This document shows, one piece after another, positions 35,988 through 46,024 of a stretch of DNA of 46,024 nucleotides. Under the pieces are notes generated by a model. The model was not told the origin of the DNA. It saw only the letters and a list, made by a program, of their open reading frames with translations, and searched no databases. Every line of letters starts with the position of its first letter. The stretch's first letter is position 1. This DNA is from Asterionella formosa (Eukaryota), in NCBI GenBank assembly GCA_002256025.1, contig NKIB01014216.1, positions 1-46,024 on the forward strand. The letters run 5' to 3'. Position numbers and translations under genes: made by a program.

Positions 35988-36232
35988 GCTTGAGTAGCAT
36001 TTGCCTCTCGGCTATTCTCGCCTGTTGTTTGTTTGTCGCACTCAATGAGCACATCACTATTGTTCACACCAGCTCACATTCTGAGCTTGCTGGTTTCTCG
36101 ACATGAGCGTGTCTCTAAAAAGTCTATTATGCTGAATTTTGCCTCAGCGACAATAATAGCTATAATTTTGAAAACCTTGAAGCTTTTGCAATAATTTATT
36201 CACGTGCAGAGCTTTATTCTACAATGCTGGTG

Positions 36233-37775
36233 CTATACTTGACTTTCTTGTATCCGCTTCCGTATTTCCGAACTGCTGACATCTACTCGGAACGCTTCCT
36301 CCATGACAAGGGTAAACATCTGCCGCACATCTTTTGGCATTAATTTAAGTTCGTCTTCACCACTAACAAACTTGGTCGAGTCACAGTCGGGTCGCTGTTC
36401 AAGCCGTCCTCCTACTACAAAGTGAACGCCTGCCCGTCCCATTTCCCGCACGGCTTCGAGCATGTTTTCTTCCGAGTTCCCGTAGTATTTTGGGTTCAAG
36501 ATACGTACCATTGTGTCAGTACCAATGACAAATCCCATTTGAGGGATGCTTTCATGAACTGTAGAAGAAAAGTGAGTGAACCAAAATTAATCGTGCTTCA
36601 GCAAGGATAAAAATGAAAGTCATACCTTGGGCCATGTACGGTTTGAGGGTCGCCACCTTTTGTGCAAACAATGGTGCACTGGTTAACAAGACTCCCCATT
36701 GCTTCGGAAGCTTATCCTTCAGGTCAAAGAACTGGTGAGCTCGCCGCGAAACATCCTTTGGCTCCATACTGGGCTTGTCCGGGTTGGTCAAACTGAGCTC
36801 GAGACAGACAGCGTCACTCTGCCCTTGCCATGCATATGTGGCTGCATGTGCAAGGGCCGTATGGCCCGAGTGAGGTGGATTGAACGATCCCGGAAATACC
36901 AAGGCTTGCATCGGAAGAACAGGCTCGACAATTGCGACGAATTTGTTGCCTTCCGTCGGCAACAGCAACACTGCACCCACCTCACCAGCCAGAATACGTT
37001 GAGCTCCTTCAAAAACCGCATCTGCCTGATCAACTTTGGTGAATGATTCCTCAATAAAATCGGTTTTTACTCCCATAGCGATACTTTCTTTTCCCTCCGA
37101 TTTCAGTTGTTCAATAGCTCGAAGAACCATGTCACCCATAAATTCATCTTCCTCCATGCGAGATCTCAAATTCGGCGTAAGCCGTACTTGACATTGCCAT
37201 ATACTTCCGTCCGCTTTGGATGCAACAATATGCCCAAAGCTGGGCTTTCCTCGCGTCGTGGAACTCACTAGCGCGCTCGAACAGCCGACTCCAATGCATA
37301 GTGAATATTCTTCCAAGTCACTTCTATACTGTAGCGCCTTGCGGAGAGCAGCCCTCGCCAACATTGCAGCTCCCTGGAAAGTAGCATAGGAGAAATCTTT
37401 TTCCACCGCAGATCCAACGTAGGCTTGAAAAGACTTTCGGTCGTAGGTGATTGTTCCTTCAAGGAACAGGGACGAAGCCCCAGGTGTCGATGCTAGTGTC
37501 GAAATGGCAGATCCGCCGCCCCCAGCAACAGCTACACAAACGTAGTTTGGTTTCTCCTGAGCCAAGTTCGTCCCAACAAGTCGTTTGGAAGTATCTTGAA
37601 GCGCCATCGTGAGCTGGGTGGAGCGAGCTATTGCAGCAAATGATCGAATCATGTATGATGAATAACTAAATGGGAATAAGAACGTGAAGCTCAACAACAG
37701 CACGAGTGGGGAAAATTGATCTTGACGCGGATTTCTTCTTCGTTTCAACGTTTTCGGACCGTTTCGCATGGCCAT
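36233..37775 (-). CDS. CinA/PncC-like plus nucleotidyltransferase (NadD/NMNAT-like) fusion protein; intron 36559..36625; start uncertain (37775, 37652 or 37607)
   Basis: The N-domain has GGGGSAISTLASTPGASSLFLEGTITYD. The C-domain has FPGSFNPPHSGH (HxGH), IGTDT..RI..PKYY and DVSSSEIR. A 67 nt GTATGA...CTCAC...TACAG intron joins the two ORFs in frame. Confidence 0.8.
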
Positions 37776-38191
37776 ACAGAAGTCAGAAGGCACCGAACGT
37801 TCTTAATAGCAGCTGAATGATCGGTCTCGGCACCAGAAGAAATGGCGAGACCAGTAATTTTAACAGCATCAGTTGCAGCCCATTGACATTGATCTATAAC
37901 CGGTATTCTGGTTGTTGAAGCAGCAGGTCGTCGTTCTTGTCATAAGCTTTACCGGATATATTCGCTCATTTTACCGTTATTTCTCTTTGTGTGCAAATAT
38001 ATTTGTTTAGTTATTGCTTTTAATGTAGTAGTCTATGTATAGCAACCGTATTTATTTTGATGCTGAGCCCGGCCCATCTGTTGTCTCCTCAGGCAGAGGA
38101 CAGACTTATTATGTAGAGTAGTAGTATCACCAGCAGCCAAACAAGACTTGCACCAAGCACACTTCATTTTATCCATGGCAATGATATATAC

Positions 38192-38247
38192 TACCGGTAC
38201 CTGGTACCAGGTGCCAGGAACTAGGTACCGGTACCTGGTACCTGGTA
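38192..38247. repeat. Tandem TACC(W)GG motif cluster
   Basis: TACCGGTACCTGGTACCAGGT...GGTACCGGTACCTGGTACCTGGTA. Confidence 0.85.
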
Positions 38248-38360
38248 ATGTACATGCCGGTCGTGCATACCGTTAGTAGTATAGAACACACACATATAAC
38301 GAAATCATATATAACAGAAACGAAATCATGTATAACAGGGGTACCAGGGTACAAGGTAGC

Positions 38361-41061
38361 GGTATTTCTTGGTTGACCGAAAACCCGGAAACTGTTTGAA
38401 TTTCATTACGATAAATCTCGTGCTATCAAAATGACGATGGCGATCGCCGTTTTCTTCCTAGATAATAGTAATTCATTATCCCATTTTTCGGATATGCTCA
38501 AACATACCATTGCTTAGAGCGTGAGCTATTGTAATGGCTGGTACGGTAGTCGACTTGTGTGTACTAGTAAAATCCATAATTTTATTATTTAGCTTAATGA
38601 CTCGAGTCGGTTGAGTCAAAGCACGAGAAAACTAATAGGGAAATGTATAGGCAAGCAGTATATATTTACCACTTAAATTGCAGTCAAATAGATTCAAGAT
38701 GGTTCATTTGTTACTTGGAAGCCAAGTCTATTTGCTTGTCATATGTCGAACAACCCAGTGGGCTTGCCGCCACCATTCTTTTCACTGTAGGAAGGAGTCT
38801 CTCTTTTTATTTTGGGCAATGCCACCATGACGGAACAATCAGACAAAAGTCGTCTGACCGTCTCAAGAAGGGACGCAAGGTGGAAGCGAGCACAAGCTCT
38901 TGGCACTTCATTGTTGGTTTCTTGGTTCTTTGCTGGAGGTTTCTTCAAGTGAGGAGACACTGCTGGCTGGTGTGCTTGTGATTGCCTTGTGATTGTCTTT
39001 TGTTCTACAATGACAACATGATAGAGAAAGTTTCTCGCCTAGCGGTTGGTTCATTCATCACATTTTGATCATTTTGTTGGTGCTTGTCCCCACCTTGAGT
39101 TTTTATGTTCCTTGGCTTGCTTGGTCATTGCTTCTGCAAAGATTGAAGAATAATTGGCTCTATTATCTCTCTTACTATCTTTGTATGCATAATTCTGTTG
39201 CATCCATCAAGATTCTCTTATCAGAAACACACCACTGAATAGAGCAAGAAAGAAAACTAGGGGCGATTTTCGATACAGCAATTGCCAACCATCAGAAATA
39301 TTTCGTCCAATGGAGTGCTGAGCAGCTATCAATTCTTACTGCATTTGGAGAGTTCCTGGTTGGATGTATTGTTGATTATTGGTTGTTGGGTGGGCACCAT
39401 GTGCACAACGGGATCTTAATTTCGCATCCCTTGCTACCAGTGGAGTACAAATGTTTGGTTCAAATTGGACTCATCCTTTATGTAATTCTTACAGCGGCAA
39501 TCAACAGTTTCAATGCAAAAACAAGGGACAATGCTGCAATTTTCGACACATGGAACGACTGCCTTCAATTAATTGCTTGTGAATTCGACATTTGGAACCA
39601 AGACAATCTATTTTTTTACCAAAATTCGAATCCTGAATCAACTTGCAGCATTCATGTCCAATATGCAAATGACAGAACGTGCAGTCAGTGGGGAAAGCTT
39701 TTTCCAATAATGGTAAACAAGAAGAAGGTAAATATGCACAGTATGCATGGTGTTGTCTTGTCATTCTTGCAATGGTAACATAATGTTCACAATCATGGAA
39801 ACGCAAGTGACAACAAGGATGGGGCAGGTAAAAAATCACTTAACCAATAAGTAGGATGAGAGAGGGCAAAGACTACATTCAATACAGCAATATTACTACT
39901 TAAAAGAAGAAATGTCTAAATAGGCAGGAGAAATGCAATTCAGAGTTTTATCATGAGCAAAGGTGGCTGATTTGATGCTTCCTTTCTTGACATAAGAACT
40001 TTGAGGATATTCAGAAATAAAATATGGAACTGTTTGAGAGCAATATGTTGCTTACAAAACCAAAGAATTCTATTTAAATTCAAAATGATTTGGGATTAGA
40101 GGTGCATGAATCACTGGCATGATTCACTTCATTAATGCGAAAAAGAAAGTGACATGTCTAAATCACATGGAGAATCTGGTTGCGGAGTTGCTTGCTACTA
40201 GGAATGTTGAGTTGGGGATTGCCAGTCACATTTGTGCACTCAAGGTTTCCCTTAAGGTAGATGAACAGCTATGGAGGATAGAAAAGAATCCAGGAGTTTC
40301 TGAAACTTAGTAGAACAGTTCCTACTTCATACCAATACTGGGTAACAGAAGGAGATCAATTCATAGCGTAAAATCATAATTATTAGCAGAAGTATTGGCA
40401 ACTAACATGGCTGAACAAATATACTGGAATTATAGTGGTCTACAATATACCAAAATGTAAGTATAAACCATGATGGTTTGTTCATACTCCATATCAGGTA
40501 CTACCAGTACCCCGGACCATACCAGGTATTTATTTATATACCGGCATACCGGGATGCCTTGAGAGCATGCTGATGAAGAGTGAATCGACTTAATGTACCC
40601 TCCTGGTACCAGCAGTAGCAGGTAGTAGGTACCAGGTACCAGCAATAACAAATGAGCCATCATGAAACAATTGCATTGCCGGTAGACTAGACTTAAACCG
40701 GTACCAGTACAGCAAGGCCATATTTATTTCATGTATACTTTATTTGTTTTTAATCAATTTATATGTTGCCAATACATTTCCCTATTAGTTTTCTCGTGCT
40801 TTGACTCAACCGACTCGAGTCATTACGCTAAATAATAAAATTATGGATTTTACTAGTACACACAAGTCGACTACCGTACCAGCCATTACAATAGCTCACG
40901 CTCTAAGCAATGGTATGTTTGAGCATAACCGAAAAATGGGATAATGAATTACTATTATCTAGGAAGAAAACGGCGATCACCATTGTCATTTTGATAGCAC
41001 GAGATTTATCGTAATGAAATTCAAAACAGTTTCCGGGTTTTCGGTCAACCAAGAAAATACC
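38361..41061. mobile_element. 2.7 kb non-autonomous element with ~295 bp terminal inverted repeats (38361..38655 and 40766..41061)
   Basis: The two arms are near-identical reverse complements with few substitutions or indels. No intact ORF lies between them and no TSD is evident. Confidence 0.75.
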
Positions 41062-44000
41062 TGATTTCGCGACATCCGTGAGCACTATAGTAAGTAATGT
41101 TGAATACAACCAATTTTTAGTTCTGGATTACCAGTACCAGGTCTTCCGAGTACCTGGTACATATACTTGGTTTTAGAGCAATTCCCGCTCCAGCTATCGT
41201 CTTGCCATTCAGGGACTTCTAAGTAATTTTTAGGCTCTAAGTAATTTCTTAAGTAAATATTATTTAGGGGCAATATGAGGCACATCGAATTTTTCGGCAT
41301 CATAATTGCCGATTTTAGCATGACAGCCAGAGAAACGGCAATATGCATAGAGATGGTACAACAAGCAACAAGTGTAAAACACATGAGAATGATTGTAACA
41401 TGCAACATCAATGAAAATTGAACATGATGTTGCTTTGAAGCAACCAAAGTATGAAATGCTATGTTAAAAATAGTGTCAAATGAGAAATAGAAAATATTGT
41501 TTTGGGTTAGAAATGCAGTAAAAAAATATGAGTTTCAGTGGAGATGTACTATACATTGTAGCACTTACTACATAGGCAACAATGACTTTCCATCACATGA
41601 TCGAAGAGCGAAATGAAACAGATAAGAAGAAAAAGCTCAACTCAATTGAAATCTGCATCGTCATGTAGCGTAGATGATCTGGTTGCTGCAACCATGAACA
41701 TCGCTGTAGTCGCCTGACCCAAGTTGCTTGCAGCCCTCCTCCCGCAGTCGTTCCTCCCATCAAACAGCAGCCATAATCATTTCATTTCAATCTGTTCTGA
41801 TTGATTGTGATCGTCAGGAAGCTCCAGCACTATCGACTTCCTCTAGCTGAATATTTTAACGTTGCTTGTGATGTGAACTCATAGTAGAAACTCAGCAAAG
41901 TGCGTTAGTACAAGAAAATCATTGCTTGGCGGCAATTTTGACATCATTGTCAACGACTATACAAATCAACAAATACAATCAACAAAGTCAAAACACCACA
42001 TCTTCAAAGAGTAGACATTGATAAATACATTGGTTCTTATGTAGATAGATACAATCAAATCAAAACGACAGTGCAGAATGACAAACAACGACGGAAGCGA
42101 TCAAAACAGATTATGGAAGCAATCAAATCGGAAATTTGATCAATAGGATCTACAATCCACATTCAGTGTTTCACTGTTGTACTCACCGATCCGCTTCAAC
42201 TAGCATATCAATCAGCAGACGAGCGATGGGATCAAAAAAAGACAAACGTTGCCTGTTGCAAGGCCGAATAGAGCAATGGCAGGCAGGATAGGCAGAGTGA
42301 GAATTATAATTGTAAGGAAAAAATCAGGCATACCATACATAAAATCAATCAATATGTGAACGATATAATTTAACATTCTGGTCTCATAAAAATAATTCTG
42401 AGTCTACAGCGATAATATTATAATGTGTTCAAAGTCAGTGTTAGAGTTTGGCTTAAACCATGCATGGTTATTTCAAGTACCATGTGCGATTGTAGGCTAG
42501 ACGACTACAGGTAGAATATCCGTTAGGGATGATCACATGCACGACCGGAGCAAAAACTTCCCACCAACATCAGATGTATCAATATCATGTTTGTCCAACG
42601 AAATATGGACGACGCGACTACATGAATCTCTCGAGAAGAAAAGCAATACAACAATTATACAAAGAATAGCTACTGGAGTCATCGTCACTGAACTGATTTC
42701 GCTTCAAACCGTCATGATGGACAACGATCGGGCGGCATGGTGAAAGGTGAATTGCCAGAGTCCACTTCTCAGGAGATGAACAAAAACGAGGTGAAAACTA
42801 GATTAAATTTACTCGAATCTGTATACTATATAAAATGGTTTCCTTAAGTAGACCCATTGCCGATTTCGGCAATCCCAGGGCTGGAAAACCGAGGGGCAAT
42901 TGGTGTCTGTTGTCTTGCCGAAATGCGAACATATGAAATATACAAAATATATTTTAATGATGGGCAATATCGAACCTTTGGCAATTTTCGATGTGAAGAT
43001 AGGAAATATACAAAATACACTAATGTGATGGGCAATAGTAAGCTAAAATTGACATTTATACTGTAGTTGTGGGCAGTAGGTAAGCGAATGACGCGAGGAT
43101 AGCTAGAGCGGGAATTGCCTCAACAATACCCTTCTTGGCGGCTACTTGCCTTCTCGTAGTGTACTCGCAGGCAAGAGACCACCTCGGGCATGTATTGCCT
43201 TCAGCATGATCCCACCGCATCGACCAAATACCAAAGCCAACTGAAGTCGAAAATATCAAAACACGTCACTTGGTCGAGAAAATTTTCATCAATAGTCGAA
43301 ATTTTCAAAAAGTGTTTCCCCACCACATGAACCAAATCCTAAAATAGTCAAATCTCGCGCATAAATTTTTAGCGAATAGAAATAGAGGTAGAGTGTGGTC
43401 ACATGTGTATCATTGTTTATATATGATGGGTACTACTATGAATACATGTTTACCGGATACTGATAGCTACTACACAAAATGAAAAAATGATGATAGTGAC
43501 TCATCAGATGATGACTATTTCTACCATTTCTCCAAGATGTATCGTCAACTCAGAAGTAGCAATGTAAAGCAAAGTCGACATCGGGGAGGAGGATCCAAGG
43601 TTGACAAGTTTTCTAATGTTTTTCAACTATTTTAAATCGAAAGTTGCAGCTAGCTAAATCGGAAAAATTGAAATGATACTAGGAAATATTTTACAACTCT
43701 TCTTTTTCAGTTTCTAGAATTGATTCCACTCATCGCCTTAAAGTTTCTTTACAATGCTTCATCGAATTCTGCTAAAAAATGATCCAGAGCAGAACAAGAC
43801 AAATTTTTAGGCAGCAGAAGTCCAACACTGCTATTTTCATGACACAATGACGAACGGACTTGGAAGTAAAGTTTTGGTGATCATGACACTTTACCTGGCT
43901 GTTTCATTGCCTAATATAGTTGCAGTGAGATGCGAGAGTCAGCTCCAAAGTAGTCTACCATGAATGATTCCAAAAGAAGTTGTTGGGCACTGCCTGCATC

Positions 44001-44161
44001 TCGTCTTTCCGATCATTCAATAAGAGCAACGTCTTCCTAAATTACTCAAGGAATATTATTTTGATCAAAACCTGGCCTATCTTGTCCAGCAGGCATGGGA
44101 CGAATCATTGGGAGTGAGTTGTAGCTGAAAAGGTGCGCATAAAATGTGCGCTACCAGACCT

Positions 44162-44238
44162 CCCAGGAAGGTCCGGTAATCGAGATATTTAGCTTAATCT
44201 TTTCTTAATTTTAAAACGTTTTTCACGGACCTTCCAGG
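44162..44238. mobile_element. MITE family B copy
   Basis: CCCAGGAAGGTCCG...CGGACCTTCCAGG, with the interior ATTTAGCTTA shared with the 5364 copy. Confidence 0.65.
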
Positions 44239-44665
44239 TTGCAGGGGTACCTCCTAAGAACTGAGAGTCAACTATTAATAGCTCTACCTTCCGCCTAAAA
44301 TTATCGAAGTTTCTTAAATGATAAAATTCGAACAAAGTACGAACTTTATTGTAGTCGATAGAATGGGGATAGCTATCATTTAATCAGTTCTTAAGTAGAA
44401 CATATAGTTATGGAGATCTTAGCCATTTTATTTTACCCGTTTTCACTCATAACGTTGTCTTTCAGTACAGATTATTTAATTTATACATCAAGATTTTTTA
44501 CCCCCAAACCGTGTTTTACTTTCTGATGCCTGTTTGCATATACAAAAGGTGATTCCAGCTGAATGAAATAAAAATTAATTTAGCTTTTTCATTCCATTTC
44601 TCGTCAACAGCAACCTTTGGGACTATATATGGGAGTAACGCAAGCTAGTTGACGAGTTCAGAGCA

Positions 44666-44979
44666 TGATCATTATTTGTTAGTAAATTATTTTGCAACAA
44701 CATTGCCTGAATGATTTTGTTCGTATCTAGCATCGTTTGACACTCAGTTTTTAGGTGAAACCTATTACCCACCGGAGTGAAGTATCTAACTAGAAGTAGT
44801 AGTATTTGTTGAATATATAAGCTTATTAATTAATCCTTATGTATAACTCATTTCCTGAACTGACATCAAAGTATAGAATGGGTGTTAGTCGAGTTCTCTC
44901 ATTATTGAATTCCGATATATTTGACATAACCCCAACTCTATATATATCTGTATCGATGTGCAGGATTGCTCACTCTCCC
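44666..44979 (-). mobile_element. Putative 3' LTR (~307 bp, 44972 to 44666) preceded by a short polypurine tract (44979..44973)
   Basis: On the minus strand GGGAGAG follows the integrase stop, then TGAGCAAT. The candidate end is AATGATCA (TG...CA, 6/8 inverted match). The 5' LTR lies outside the window, so the distal boundary is unconfirmed. Confidence 0.5.
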
Positions 44980-44998
44980 ACACTTGAGGGAAAACCTT

Positions 44999-46024
44999 TT
45001 ACCTATGAAAAGGTTTGATACGACGAATATTAATTCGTTCGGTAATATGCATAGTGCGTTGAAAAGTAACTGTACCATTGGCATGTACTTGAATAATAGT
45101 ATAAGGACCTCGTCCACGATCATCCAAAGTAGTAGGATTATCCAATAATATTAAAATCTCGTCACCCACTTTGTAATCATAAGATCGACGACGGAAATTT
45201 GCACGACGTAAACGTTCGTCAATTATCACCTGTCGACGTTGATGTATTAATTGTAAATCTGTAATCAAAGGAATATTTAATATCATATCACGTTGGAAAA
45301 CCCATGCTCCTGGTGAAATACGTAATATACTATGAATAGTAGCTCGAGCTGCATATGACGCAGCTGCAAAACATGTATCCACAATATTTTGGGCTTGAAA
45401 TTCATTGATTGGAGGATGAGCCTTTAACATAACTCGTAGACTATTGCTGATAGATTGATGGAAACGTTCACAGATAGCATTTGCTTGTGGATTCTTTACT
45501 GTGGTAGTCACATCTTTGATTCCATTCAATACTAACATGTGTAAGAAAGGAGCACCAGTAAATTCACCTCCATTGTCATGTATACAACGTTCTGGACGGG
45601 GATATCTGGCTAACCAATCATTTTCAAATTTCATTGCAATATATTCTGATGTTTTATTGATGATACGTGAAATTTCTGCTAAATTGGTGACTGTGTCAAT
45701 ACAAGTTAGAGCACGAAATTCAATCGTTTGAGCAGCCACTGTTATCTTCCATGGACCAATTAGATCTACTGCGACTTCTGACCATGGTAATAATAATGCA
45801 TTCCTGGGTGGAAGTTCACCAAAACCAGTACCAGGTAATTTTGTACGTTGACATGCTTCACATACTCTTACAATATGTTCCACTCTTGTTTTTAATATAG
45901 GGTGATAAAAATGTGTAGCAATTGTAGCATTTAATCTTGTCATACCCACATGAGCTAACATCTGATGATACCAATTAATAATAGGATCCAATAATGATGT
46001 AGGAATAGCAATACGCCAAGTATC
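44999..46024 (-). CDS. pol: Ty3/Gypsy LTR retrotransposon pol, integrase domain (5'-truncated by the window edge)
   Basis: HHCC finger (YHQMLAH...CEAC), catalytic D-D-E (VDLIGP, HDNGGEF, NAICERFH) and a GPY/F motif (RGPYTI). The integrase is C-terminal, as in Gypsy elements. The frame stays open to 46024. Confidence 0.95.
   Translation of the reverse strand, partial: DTWRIAIPTSLLDPIINWYHQMLAHVGMTRLNATIATHFYHPILKTRVEHIVRVCEACQRTKLPGTGFGELPPRNALLLPWSEVAVDLIGPWKITVAAQTIEFRALTCIDTVTNLAEISRIINKTSEYIAMKFENDWLARYPRPERCIHDNGGEFTGAPFLHMLVLNGIKDVTTTVKNPQANAICERFHQSISNSLRVMLKAHPPINEFQAQNIVDTCFAAASYAARATIHSILRISPGAWVFQRDMILNIPLITDLQLIHQRRQVIIDERLRRANFRRRSYDYKVGDEILILLDNPTTLDDRGRGPYTIIQVHANGTVTFQRTMHITERINIRRIKPFHR

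Noticed and set aside
2939..37775. Functional gene cluster (nucleotide/NAD defence island, or CDK plus THO2 transcription cluster)
   Set aside because: The genes are ordinary unrelated housekeeping loci in mixed orientation, separated by repeats. Nothing in the sequence indicates co-regulation.
43479..43620. DDSDSSDDDY...RHRGGGSK peptide resembling a PIF/Harbinger transposase N-terminus
   Set aside because: It is too short and low-complexity, and I found no downstream DDE motifs to support it.

Overview
Eukaryotic nuclear DNA, most likely from a diatom or related stramenopile. This is inferred from short 67-105 nt GT-AG introns, a signal peptide ending in an 'EA|F' plastid-targeting motif, and compact gene spacing. 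Ten host genes can be modelled: an unknown protein with a degenerate MYND-like finger, a SAMHD1-like dNTPase, a CDKC/CDK12-type kinase, a plastid fibrillin-like protein, THO complex subunit 2, a carnitine/acylcarnitine carrier, a MATE transporter with a C-terminal PDZ-like domain, a twin-CX9C protein, an F-box-like unknown, and a CinA-like/NMNAT-like fusion. The intergenic DNA holds mobile-element debris: two tiny MITE families, a 2.7 kb element with ~295 bp terminal inverted repeats (TIRs), an internally deleted piggyBac relic, an LRR pseudogene, a repeat-bearing pseudogene, and the 3' end of a Ty3/Gypsy element. The most striking unexplained signal is a family of intergenic motifs, TA-CC(W)GG-TA, often in tandem. 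Its variants match the end-joining footprints expected from excision of the TA-flanked, CCAG-ended MITEs found in the same window. That link is an inference and has not been tested. All coordinates and counts were read by eye.
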